A DNA stretch of 64,000 nt from Caecitellus pseudoparvulus (lineage: Eukaryota; Protista; Bigyra: Bicosoecida). This document shows, piece by piece, positions 1 to 11,484 of the stretch. Below the pieces are notes generated by a model. It ran no database searches. It was given only the letters and a program-made list of their open reading frames with translations, and was not told where the DNA came from. Where the stretch lies: NCBI GenBank assembly GCA_965644315.1, contig CBFFRQ010000067.1:310001-374000 (forward strand), written 5' to 3'. Numbering within the stretch: position 1 is the first letter of the stretch; the number at the start of each line of letters is the position of its first letter. The translations under genes were made by a program, and so were the position numbers.

Positions 1-30
1 GACGGAACGAGTGTGCATTGCACTGCTAGA

Positions 31-3000
31 TCACTGTTCAGCAGCCGCTGCCTCTGGAAAGGCCTGGTTCAGCGCCACGATGACGACGGTGACGTTGTCG
101 ATGGTGTTCAGCTCCACGGCCTTCTTCACGAGGTCGTCTGCCGCGACCTGCACGTCGCCATGCGCCAGCAGGCGTCGTCGCACATAGTTCACCACTTGCT
201 GGTTGGTCATGACGTCCCACACGCCGTCGCACGCCAGCACGACAAACTCGTCGTCGGCTGTGACCGGTTCGGAGAAAATCTCAGGCTCGGCCAGCAGCGT
301 GTCGCCCGAGAACTCCTGGCCCCAGCAGTGCTGCTTGATGGTTTTGTGCTCCACGTCGCCAAAGCTGCGCGAGACAGCCAGCACACCCATCAGGCGGCCC
401 TTGTTCAGGAACGCCCCGGCAGCTTCCAGGCGTGACAGCTCGTCGGGGCGCGAGCACTTGTGGTCGTCAGACAGCGCCACGGCAGCGCCCTTGCGGCACA
501 GCACTGCGCGAGAGTCACCCACGTTGGCGCAGTACAGCACTGGGGCGTGTGCTGCTGACTGCTGCCGCACCATGAGCGTGACGGCGGTGGAGCCGGAGTA
601 ATACCCCGTCTCCTCCTGCACGGCCAGGATGTCGTCGTCGGCAGCGAGGCAGCCCTCTGTCAGGGCCCGCACAGGGTCGGTGATGAGGGCGTGGTGGTCA
701 AAGATGTTCTCCACCAGGATCTGACTCAGCACATCGGCAGTGGCGTCGCCGTTGTGCCCGTCACACACCGCAAAGAAGCCGTGCCGAGGGAATCCGCCCG
801 AGGCGATCTCCGTCGGCAGGCTCGTCAAGTGCGACCTGGCGACGTTGGGCACGGCGATGTACCGATCCTCCATCGTGATGCGGTTGCCTTTCAGCGCGGC
901 AGCACCGAAACGCAGGTTCAACGCCGTGTTCCGACCTGCAGGCGAGAACACCAGGCGGCTCGGCATGGCTTCCTCCTCCGCCTCGTCCACACCCTCGGGC
1001 AGGTCCGCCTTGGTGAAGGTGGGGTTGCCGTCGTCATCCAGCGTCACGGCGTCAAAGTACACCGTCGCAGGGGGGCTCTTGCCCTCCCCTGCCGCCTCTG
1101 ACGGTGACGTGGCGCCCTCCTCCTCGGCAGGTGACGTCCCTGCTGGGTCTTTGTGCCGTGACAGCATGCGCACCGAGTCACTTTTGTCCTCGTCCAGGGC
1201 TGTGTTGTTCATGGCGGTCCAGTTCTCAGGGGCGAACTGTCGGGGGGGCGCCGCCGCCAGAGCACTCCGCTTCATCGCCCAGGCAGCCTCCTCATCCCCC
1301 TCCAGGTCGGCCAGGTCCGCGTCGTCGCCCCTGTCCCCCGCCTCCTCCACCAGCTCATCCAGGGTGTCCACGAACTCGCCGTCCGACAGCGCCTGCACGT
1401 CCCCATAGTCCTCTGACGAATCCGACTCAGAGCCCTCATCCACACTGTGCAGGCGTACTCGCTCGCCCACCTCCACATCCCCCGCCACACCCGCCGCACC
1501 ACTGCCCCCCCGTAGGCGTGGCGAGGAGCCCACTGACGAGGCGCCTGGTGTGGATGGCCCTGCGCTGCCACTGCTGCCGTCTGCGACGGAGGAGCCGTCT
1601 GAGTGGCCCCGTGACATGATGCGGGCGTGGGAGTGCGCCGTGTGGAGGTGGGACAGGCCGCCGCCACCGGCTCCCGTGCCGGCGTCGCCCGTGGGCAGGG
1701 CACTGTGCAGGTCCTCCCCGCTGTGCACGGCAGTGGGTGCTTCCTCGTCGTCATCCTCCTCCTCCTCCTCCACTGCCTCGGCGTCAATGTCCGAGAACAT
1801 GTCTTGGCGGGTGCGTGCGCCGCCGGCCAGGGAGAACCCTGACTCATCGCGCGCCTGGAAGATGACGCGTTTCTGCCGCGACCCGCCCGCCGTGGCGGCA
1901 TCTACCTTCAGGCTCACCATGACGAAGTCTGTCTTGCGCTGCAGCGTCTTGGCGCGCCGCTCAGACTCCAGGCGGGACATGGTGCCGCGCGATGAGTCAG
2001 AGCGGGAGGACGGCCCGCTGCCCGTCGTGACTGGGGTGGAGCTGGCGGAGGGCGCGAAGAAACCGCTGCGGTTGTGCACGGCAGTCATGGGCGTCGCTGC
2101 GACGTGCCGGTAGCGACCAGCGGTGCTGCCGCCACCCGCAGTGGATGCCAGCCCCAGGTCAGAGGGCGACGACACAGGCACGGCGTGACTCAGCGTCGTG
2201 TTGGTGCGGCTGTGGCCGGACTGGTCTGAGATCTGACTCGCCAGCCGCGGACGCGCAGGGCTCGGACCCCGCCCAGGCGACGAGTCGTGGTCCACCCATG
2301 TGCCCGTCTTGTGCAGGGTGCGTGGGCCCGTGCGGAGAGTGCCGGCGCCCAACCCCGGCGTGGTGCCCATGGAGGCCATGCTGCCGAGGCCGCCGCCTCG
2401 ACGCCCGATCCCAGATCGCACTGGCATCCGCGCGCCGTCCGTGCTCATGGAGTACCCCCGCTCAGCGGCGTCGTCCCCACCCCCCCCCGCCAACACGTCA
2501 TCCAGGTTCCCATCTGTCACCTGTACCGGCTCCGTCGTGGTCATGGCCGACGCACGCCGACCCCGACCGCCTTCTGCTGCGGAACTTGCGACGCTGTTGT
2601 GGCGACTGCGGGACGCGGCCAGGGCAGCGGTGCCCACCAGCTCTGTTCCGCCCACCATCACGCGGTGTTCCTGAACATCTGCCCCCAGCGAGACATACCC
2701 GTCCACCCCCACGTCATCGTCTGACACGTCACCCCCATGCGTACCCCCCCTCACCAGCCCCGTCAGATCGCCATCCCCACCATCCAACGGCACCGCATGG
2801 GAATACACGCTGGCGTCTGAGCGACGACGGGCGCCCGTGTCCTTGGTCGCGGTGCGACTCGCAGTTTCGGCGCTGGCCGACGCGTCGCCACTGCCAGTCG
2901 ATGCCGTGCGACCACGAGCGCGTGCTGCTCGAGCGGCAGGTGACAGCGGCTCCACCACTGGTTTGGACTGCCCCGTGGAGTGCGGTGACTCCTCCCCCTG

Positions 3001-6000
3001 CCCCTCCTGCGTTACCAGCGCCTCCAGCTGACTCGCCAACTGCCGCGCCAGCTTGCGCTCGGGGCCGCCTGGCTCGCCCCCCCCCCGTCCACTGCTGGTG
3101 CTGGTGCTGGTGCCCACAGTCACACTGCGACCCATGCCACGTCGCACAGATCCAGGCGGAACACTGGGCAGGGTGGAGGGCCCCGAGTCACTGCCGAGGT
3201 GCGAGTGTGTGCCCTGTGTTCCGTGTGGCGTGTGTTCGCGCAACGCCTCATCCCCCTCGTCGCCCAGCTGGATGTCCTCCACAATCATGTTGGCGCGCGC
3301 CGCGTGAAACGCGAAACGCTTCTGGTCCAACAACGCCTCTGTTACGCTGGTGTCCACCCCTGCATGCCCCTGCAGCAGGGACAGCTGCCGCGCTCGCATC
3401 TTGCGCAGGTGGCGTTTCTGCGCCGCCGCCTCCGCCTCGCGAGCTGCCCGTGTCTTGGGGTCCATGGCGTTTCCGCGGCGGGCGGCGCGTTTCACCTTGA
3501 CTCGCTGGCCGCCCCCGCGAGAACGCGCACTGCCCAGCAGGCGCCCGGAGCCCCCACTGGAGCCCAGGCTGTCCATGCGACCCGGTGGCGACCGGTTGCG
3601 AGCCCCGCCCGATGTGCCAGGTCGCACGCCGGCCAACGGGTTGCCGTTCGAGCGCCCCACACTGGAGGCCCGACTGCTGGCGCCGCTGGTGCCGCCGCTG
3701 GCTGGGCCCAGACGGGGGGACACGTGGGCAGACATGCGACCTGGGGTCGCGCTGCCGACCCGGCGTGCGACCCGGCGCGGCGACAGGTCAGCCGAGGACG
3801 TCGCACGCCTGCGTTGCTCCATGGTGGAGTGACTCCCCGCCGTCAACGCAGGAGGGCGAGCCGGCAGGTCCAGGTGTGGGCTGGACCCCGACGCCGCCCG
3901 GCGCCGGGTGGGTGACTCCAGCACCCGGGGGCTGGACACCGAGGCGTGTGCCCCGCGCATAGTTGACAGGCGGGGGACGGGCGGTTGCCCCAGGATGGGG
4001 CTGACACGCCCCTCAGCACGCGCCGAGAGGGCCCCTGTGGCCTGGCCCGGTGTCCGGGAGGCTGGTTCGTCGTGGTGGGAGATGGAGCGGGGCAGGTGGG
4101 CGATGCCGCCGCCGGTGCGTGCAAGCGAGCCTGGGGGGGTCACACCCCCCCCTGGCCCCAGCGCGCCGCTGCCAAACGCCGCAGACGCGTCGGACAGCAT
4201 GCGCTCTTCCGAGACGATGGACAGGTTGCGGGCGGGTGGGCCCATGACGTCCTGGCCCAGGGAGGGGATGGCGGCCAGTGGGCCCACCGCCCCGCCTCCG
4301 GCTCGCCCCGCACTGGGCGACAGCGGCGGGAGTCCTTCCTCATCACCCCCCCCTGTCGCCCCCTGCAGCACAGGAGTCACCATGCCAGATGTGGAGCGGC
4401 TGCGGTTGTGACTCATGCTGCGGGCACGGCCACGGCGGTGGGTTGGGGAGGAGGCTGTGCCAGCCTTGTCTCGGGAGAGGGGGGAGGAGCCCCCGTCGCC
4501 GCCGACCATGCTCGCTGTGCGACCCGGTCGACGCGGCGGCCGCGACCCAGCCATGGCGCCCCCCGTCGTCACACTCAAGTGCGGTTCGTCCGAGTCGATG
4601 GACTGTGCCAGGGGGCGGCGGGGTCCCGTGGACCGTGCCCGGCTGAGGGGGGGCGAGGGAGACCCCATCCGCTCCGTCAGCTCTGCCAGGGCGCCCTTCA
4701 AGTTCAGGCGCGTGTAGCGCACTTGCGGCATGGGGTCCGTACCTTCCTGCGTGACCCAGTCGTGGTCGATGATGGCCGGCAGCGTAATACGCTCCTTTGG
4801 GTCTTTTGTCAACATACGCTCCAGCAAGTTCTTCAGGTGCGGGTCCAACGCCACAGTGCGGGACAAGCGGAAGTCCTGAGTCTTCAATACCTCCACCAAC
4901 TCCAACTCATTCGGAGCCATGAAGGGCGGTACACCCACCACCATGGTGTGCAGCGTGCACCCCAACGACCACACATCGTGCGCGAAACCGGAGTAGCCCT
5001 TGTCAATGGCGGCCTGGTCGAAGCACTCGGGCGGTTGAAACGCGGGCGTCCCCTTCACATCGTGCACCCACCCCGTCTCCAAGTCCTCTGTCAGCCCCAC
5101 AGCGCCAAAATCCGCCAGACGGCTGTTGCCGTCGGCTCCCACCAAGATGTTGCTGGGCTTGATGTCCCGGTGCACGACGCCTTGGAAGTGCAAGTACTCC
5201 AGCCCCAGCAAGGACTCGCGGAAGTACTTGCGCGCCAGCACCACTTCCAGCGGCTCGTTGTACTCCTTCTCCATCATCACCGGCCCGAACTGCATGAACT
5301 CTTGCACGATGAAGAACTCGTCGTGGGCTGGGTCGTCGATGACTTCGAACAGCTCCACGAGGTGATTGTGGTTCAGCATCTTCATCACCGCCACCTCCTG
5401 CAGCAGCTCCATGTCGGTGACTCCGCTGCTGCCGATGCGTTTCCGCATCTTCTTCCGGGAGACTTTCTTCAGCGCCGCGATGCGTGATGCGTCCGTGATG
5501 CTCTGCACCAAGTACACCACGCCGAACGAACCCTCCCCGATCTTCTGCCGCGTCAGCCAGCCGTTGTACACGTACTGGTTGTTCTTCGTGCGCTGGCGTT
5601 TCCACATGCTGGTCACCTTCACATCTGTCCCGCCTCGAGCGTTCAGCGAGCTCTGCCCGCCGCCGTCACGTGCCCCCACCCGCTTGCGGGCGTGTTCTTC
5701 CCGCTCCATCAGCAGCAGCCCGATCATCTGCTTGAACTTGGGGTCATTCGTGAGGAACGGCGTGAAGCGCTTCTTGGAGATGGACATGACCACCACGCGA
5801 CGACACCGCCCTGATACGCGGATGGACGCCGACCGCGGCTCGTTCTGCACCAGCGCACGCTCGCCGAAGAAATGTCCCGGGTGCATCTCCGTCACGATGT
5901 GCTCGTACATGCCAGGCACCTCGCACCGAGCGAGCTTGTGCCGAGGCGGGCGCTCCTTCGTCAGGCGCGTGACAATGACGTCCCCCTCAGTAATGATGTA

Positions 6001-7241
6001 GAATTTGTCACCCGTCTCACCCTCCCGCACGATGTACTGGCCGGGGTTCCCGAACACCTCCTTCCGCAACTGCAGCAGGAAATCCCGCTGGTGGGCTTCA
6101 CTGATCCCCGCCCGGTTGAACACCAGCCGCAGAGTCTTCAAGTACTCCCACTCCTCTTGCAAATCGGCTTCGAAATCGAACTGCTGTGCCACCGCCTCCT
6201 CCGCTGCATCGGGCGTTTTTGACTCGGCAGGTGTCCCGCCGGCGTCGCCTTCCCCGTCACCCCCCACGTCGTCCTCCTCCTCCAGGAAGTCCACCAGGCC
6301 CTCCTCCCCATACTCACTGTCCGTGTCGGTGCTGGTCCGAGTCAGCATGGCCGGGGCCACCTCTGGCTTCAGCTGCAAGCCACTCACGGCATCCTTCCTG
6401 TGAAACATACCCTGCACATGCTCCTGGAAGAGAATGCCGCCTTCGCCCTCCATCTCAGCCTGCGTGGCCTTGTCAGGCGCAGTGAAGTCTTCCAACCCCT
6501 CGGCGTCATCCAGGTCGTCAGAGTCAGAGTCCGCTGGGGCTGTGAAACGCAGCAGGAGTGAGCGCCGTGCTGGGCCAGTCGCGCGCGACGCCGCATGAAA
6601 ACGCGCTGCACAGCACGCTGCGCCGCAGAGGCAGCCTCGCAGCACTGAAGCAGCAGATGATGCCAGGACACGCAAGTTTAAGCAGGCATAGTGCGCGTCC
6701 GCGTCGGTTGCCCCGTGCACGCCACCCAGGGCCGCGAACTTGGCACGCCGGCAAAACCCCCTGCACACTCACCGAACGCAGGCGGCGGCACGAGCTTGAT
6801 GCCGCGCAGGCCGCCACGGTGCTCGTAATGCCCGTCCATGTCCCCATCTTCGAAAGCTGCTCCGAGGTCCTTGTCCTCCTCTGACGCCACCTTGGCTGGG
6901 TTTGCAGTGGCAGTCTGGGTTGCCGTGCTCTCTGCTGTTGCTGCAGCAGCTGGTGCCGACTCCGCAACCGGCGACGGAGCCTCCTCCACTCGCTTCCATC
7001 CACTGGACGCCTTCTCAGCAGGCGCTTGGGCTGCTGCAGTTGGCGAGGTCTCCTCAGTCGACTGCGCGGGGCGAGCGGCGGGCGCAAGCGTGCCGGGCGT
7101 TGCACCAGCGTTTCGCTTTGCCCTTGGCACGCACGGGCTGCCTGTCTTCTGCAGCTGTGGACGGCTCTGGCGCCACTGCCACAGGCTTGCTACTCGTGCA
7201 TCCCATGATGCTGCTTTTCTGCTTGTGCCCTTTTTCAGCAC
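31..7241 (-). CDS. Cyclic-nucleotide-binding domain + CAMKK-like Ser/Thr kinase + long disordered linker + PP2C (PPM) phosphatase fusion protein; 5' end uncertain
   Basis: cNMP domain: GQYIVREGETGDKFYIITEG...FFGERAL...PRSAS. Kinase: IGEGSFGVVY, AALKKV, HRDIKPSNIL, DFG, GTPAFQPPE. PP2C: RITMEDR, FFAVCDGHNG, GSTAV, ANVGDSRAVL, AVSRSFGD, LACDGVWDV, DNVTVVIV. A phase-1 intron at 6540-6772 (G|GTGAGT...TTCACAG|CC) joins the upstream exon (ORF 6678..7241 frame) to the main ORF. The true start codon is not resolved. Confidence 0.9.
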
Positions 7242-7563
7242 TCCCTTTCTAGCCCTGCACCGCTGGTTTCAGTGACGGTTCTCGGAGCACCAGGCAGGAC
7301 TTTGCAGGCGACTGCGTCCCTGCAAGACCCCCCGGGTGGGACGTCAACCCCAACAGCAGTGCGTGGAGATGGTCACAAGGAGAGGGTCGGCCGGGTTCGC
7401 TGGTTGTCGGGCGGCTTCTCACCAGCCCTGAGTCGCTGGGATTTTGCGTCCAGCTCATCACTGCTGGCAGCGCAAAATACGCCCCCCAGTGGAAAGCACT
7501 GCGCTCTTTGGTCTACACTCTGCCTGGAGTATCGCAGAACAGGCACGCTAACGCAGGCGTGCG

Positions 7564-8745
7564 ATGGCGCGCCGCCTTGCCGTCGCCCTGCTGCTGCTGC
7601 TGCGGGCACTGCACGTGTGTCAAGGTGTCAGCGCCACGAGCAGGGGGTGGGAGTTCTCACTGGACCGCACAGATGTCCCCGTCATAGCCTCTGCCGTGGG
7701 TGGCTCGACTCCTGCCAGTGGCCAGGTGGCGTCGCCCGACCCGCCCATCGCCAGCAGGCCGCCAGCTGAGCCAGAGAACGGAGCGCCAGGTATGCCTGAG
7801 TTGTTGGGCACTTGCACGACATCAGCTCTGGACGGGTATGAGTACACGCTGTGCCCGTATGCGAACATTACACAACGCGACGCGGTGGCGAACTGGAACA
7901 CGTTCTGGGGCGTGCTGGGCGTGTACGAGGGGTGGGAGGTGGATGCGGAAATTGACCCTGCACACGACGAGGGAGGGAGTGCCGGCGGCGGGAAGGTGTA
8001 TTTGCACCAGCACTACACAGACGGAACGCCATGTGGAGACACCCCTCGCAGGGCCGCCGTGCTGTGGGAGTGCGGTGAAGAGGCAGCCATTGTCGGGGTC
8101 AGCGAGCCCACCACCTGCCACTACGCCGTCACATTCCAGACGCCTGTCGCGTGCGGTGACCCCCGCATTCGGGCCGCAGGTGAAGCCGCATCCCAGCCAA
8201 CCGCCCTGGAGGCACCCCTCACAGCCACTGGGAAGGAGCTGCGTGCGCTGCGTTGCGGCTTGACTCGGCTGGCTGCTCTGAGCGGCGCCACGCCAGACTC
8301 AACGCCAGGGACAGACGCAGTGCTTGCTGCTGCGTTGCAGGTGGTGGCGGCGGAGGTGGACGAGAAGCTGCGTGAGATGGGCGTGCCAGCTGCCGAGCCA
8401 GTGCAGGGGGGTGGGGGTGACGGGGGCTCGGACAGCGGCACTGTGACTGCGGAATTTGCAGCGCTGAAGGAGTCTTTGGCAGCTGCCAAGACCGGCAAGC
8501 GCGTGGATGCCGTGCGGTTTTTGGAGCTCGCCAGCCGCGTGCAGGCGGCGTTGGAAGGCGGTGAAGTCCACGCTGCCAATGTGCGGGCTCAGCAGGCCAG
8601 CATGATGGCGGGGCACGCTGCGTTGCAGCAGCAGCAGCTGACTTGCGAAGCTGTGCTGCGTGGCTCTGAGTCGAGTGACGCGTCGCCCCTTCACCGCGCT
8701 GCGGTGGCACTGCATGAGGCAGTGCTGCTGCTCGAAAGTGCTTGA
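7564..8745 (+). CDS. GNPTG: Secreted MRH/PRKCSH-domain protein, GlcNAc-1-phosphotransferase gamma-subunit-like
   Basis: Signal peptide MARRLAVALLLLLRALHVCQG. MRH core YEYTLCPYANITQRDAVANWNTFWGVLGVYEGWEV...DGTPCG...ECG...VSEPTTCHYAVTFQTPVAC closely resembles GNPTG as I recall it (YEFCPFHNVTQ...WNAYSGILGIWHEWEI...VSEPSTCVYALTFETPLVC). Helical C-terminus. Confidence 0.7.
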   Translation: MARRLAVALLLLLRALHVCQGVSATSRGWEFSLDRTDVPVIASAVGGSTPASGQVASPDPPIASRPPAEPENGAPGMPELLGTCTTSALDGYEYTLCPYANITQRDAVANWNTFWGVLGVYEGWEVDAEIDPAHDEGGSAGGGKVYLHQHYTDGTPCGDTPRRAAVLWECGEEAAIVGVSEPTTCHYAVTFQTPVACGDPRIRAAGEAASQPTALEAPLTATGKELRALRCGLTRLAALSGATPDSTPGTDAVLAAALQVVAAEVDEKLREMGVPAAEPVQGGGGDGGSDSGTVTAEFAALKESLAAAKTGKRVDAVRFLELASRVQAALEGGEVHAANVRAQQASMMAGHAALQQQQLTCEAVLRGSESSDASPLHRAAVALHEAVLLLESA

Positions 8746-8768
8746 GTTGACCTGCGGCGTGGTCCCCA

Positions 8769-10267
8769 TCACCCGCCAATCAGGACCATGGGACGGCCGC
8801 TTGCGGAATTCGCAGCAGCCAGCTCCGCTGGGTTTGCGTGTCCACCCAGTGCCTGTGCCTTCTGCAAGAGGGCTCCACGCACAATGTGGCGCAAGTCAGT
8901 GTCTGACGCTCCGTTTCTCAGCGCCGTGAGCAGTGACACTTCGCTGTGCCCGAACAGACACGTGTTCAGGGCGCCGTCGGCTGTCAGCCGCAGGCGCGAG
9001 CAGGTTGCACAGAACTTGGAGGAAATAGTGCTGATGAAGCCCACTGCCCCGGGCCAGTGGGGGGCCGAGTACAGCTCAGCAGTGGAGTGCCCTGCGCCAG
9101 CGTGGGGCGTGCTGCCGACAGGCTGCAGGTCAGGAAACGCCGCCTTGAGTTTGCGCAGAGTGTCGGCTGACGTGACGACGCTTGCGTCAGACCAGCCGTT
9201 GCCTGTGAAAGGCATGAACTCAATGAAACGCACATGAATGGGCAATTCACCTGTGACAAGGCGGGGAAGGGGACATGTGACGGCGTTAATGTGTTGTACG
9301 TGCACGGTGCAGAGTGTGACGCAGCAGGAAACGCACGGGCCAGGGCTGCGAGTGACTCCACTTCACTGCAGTTGACTCCGCCCATCACGACTGCGTTCAC
9401 CTTCACCGGCGCCGCCAGTCCCGCTGCCGCCGCTGCCCGAATGGCCTTCAACACGACATGCAAGCCATCTCGGCGTGTGAGGCGGCGGAAGGTGTCAGGT
9501 TGCAGTGTGTCGAGAGAAATGTTCACTGCGTTCAGGCCAGCAGCTTGCAACGCGGGCAGGCGGCGAGGCAGCAGCAGGCCGTTTGTCGTCATGGCGAGCG
9601 TTTTTAGGCCGAGCGGCGAGCAGGCACGGTGGATGCTGTCCACCACATCCACAACGTCACGTCTTACAAGGGGCTCGCCCCCCGTCAGGCGGACCTTTGT
9701 GACTCCCAGACCCACCAGCAACGCAGTAAGTCGCTTCAGCTCTGCAGGCTGCATCAGGCGCTCCGCCGGCAGCAACTCCACACCCTCTGCAGGCATGCAA
9801 TACGTGCAGCGGAAGTTGCACCTCTACGCAGTACAGCAGGGGAAGGTGGTTACGTGCGGTGCAGTGCGTGGGGGCTGTGAATGTGAATGGGAGAGCGAAG
9901 CGCTCACCTCAGTCAGCGAGACACGCAGATAGTTGTGGCGTCGCCCAAACGAATCCAGAAGGTCTGGCCCAGAAGCTGAAACGGCTGCGGCACCTGCACG
10001 GGCTAGATTCTCCAGCTCGGCCTCGCTGTCAATGCAGGAGTTGCGTGGGGGAGCTGCAGGGGCGGTCGGCGTAAGGAAGGGCGGCGGTTCGATTTCCGCA
10101 CCACCCTCCCGGAGCCTGGCCAGGCGCTCGCGCGGTGGGAGGGCCGCCAAAGGCGACACAGGGGGAGAACTTGCCAGCCATCGAGTGGCGCAGTGCCAGC
10201 CTGGTGATGGCCACAGCGCTGCTGCCCGGCAGTGCGCGAGGGATGTGTGTGCTCGAGCGAGCGCCAT
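8769..10267 (-). CDS. moaA: GTP 3',8-cyclase (molybdenum cofactor biosynthesis A, MOCS1A/Cnx2), with probable mitochondrial presequence
   Basis: DSFGRRHNYLRVSLTE|RCNFRCTYCMP (radical SAM CxxxCxxC), KVRLTGGEPL, TTNG, VNISLD, RFIEFMP, FCATCSRLRLTADG..CLF, C-terminal IGG*. Introns 9824-9907 and 9251-9336 restore the frame. Arg/Ala-rich N-terminus. Confidence 0.95.
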
Positions 10268-10482
10268 GCTTGCCGAGGCAGTGAACACAGCGAGCTGCCG
10301 CTAAAAAATGAGCAGACTGTGTTATGTGTGCGGTGCAAGGGAATGCAACAATTGCATTGTGCGTGTTTGGTTTAGCCTGGGGTCTGGCTGCTTCGTCCTT
10401 CCTCCCCAGGCGGCGACGGCGGTGCGGTGCCGCTGGCGTTTCACGAGCGTAACGCCTGCACGTGAGCTGCGCCCAAGTTACC

Positions 10483-11458
10483 ATGGCGGAAGGTGCGTGC
10501 CTGAATGGGAAGGGATTGCACGCCGCGCAGCACTGCTGCATTTCTGTCTTGTCCCTGACCGCCCGGCACCACCCGTCCTGCCCGCAATCTCCCCCACAGT
10601 GACCATTCTCGGCACGCTGCAGGGTGGGCGAGCGTTTCAGGGCATGGCACACTTCTGCGTGTTTGAGATCGCGACTGGGTCGGGCGGCTGGTCCCTCATC
10701 TCAGGGGACAAGAGCGGACAGACCCAGTTGGCTGAGGTGGACGAGGGCCACTTCGCGTGTTGGAGCCACCCCGTCGCGGTGCAATTTGGAGCCAGCACAC
10801 TGGAGGACTGGCCCGCCGCCGTCGTGCAAGTGTGGGCACAGGATGAACTGCGACGCAATGCGATTGGTGCGACCCACTGTGCCCTTCCTTGTCGCACGGC
10901 GACACATGCCCTTCCCATCCACTCCCACCCCCTTCCGTCACAGTTGGGTACGGCACCGCCCGTATCCCCATGAAGCCTGGCCTGCACTCTATCGACATAC
11001 CCACCTGGATACCAGAAGACGCCAGCAGCACCTGGTCGCGCCTGGGCCACTGGCTACTTGGCGCGCCCACAGTGCTGGACGACACGTCGGTCGCAGGGGC
11101 GGCGGGTGGGGCGAGGTCGGAGCTGGTCGCACGCTCCAGCGGCACAGTCAGCTTGGAAGTCACGGTGGTGGTCAAGAGTCTCGCTGAGCGGGGCGTGTAC
11201 ACCGGCGTGGCGGCCGAGCGCATGCCGCCCCCTCGTCTGGCGGGCAAGCGGTCGCAGCAGGATCTGCAGAGCAGCATGGCACAGACGGTGCGGTCGTCAG
11301 TAGCGGATGTGGTGCAGGCAGCTCGGCGCGCGGCAGGCAAGCCGCCCATGCCACGTCGCACACGCCGACCTGGCGAGCTGCCTCCACTGCGGCCCCAAGC
11401 GGAGGGCGCTGTGTCGGCTCAAGTGCCCAGTGACACTGCTGGCAGTGACGTTCGGTGA
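10483..11458 (+). CDS. B9D2: B9 domain-containing protein 2 (MKS ciliary transition zone)
   Basis: Spliced product MAEVTILGTLQGG...GWSLISG...GQTQ...WSHP...WP...VQVW.QD...VGYG...P..PG.H...TW. Exons 10483-10492, 10600-10866, 10944-11458 with canonical GT-AG introns in matching phases. Confidence 0.9.
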
Positions 11459-11484
11459 TACGGCCGGTGCTTCTTGCCGCAAGC

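Noticed and set aside
8745-8800. Bicistronic MOCS1A/MOCS1B arrangement as in animals
   Set aside because: MoaA ends at IGG* and is followed directly by a convergent gene; no MoaC frame is present.
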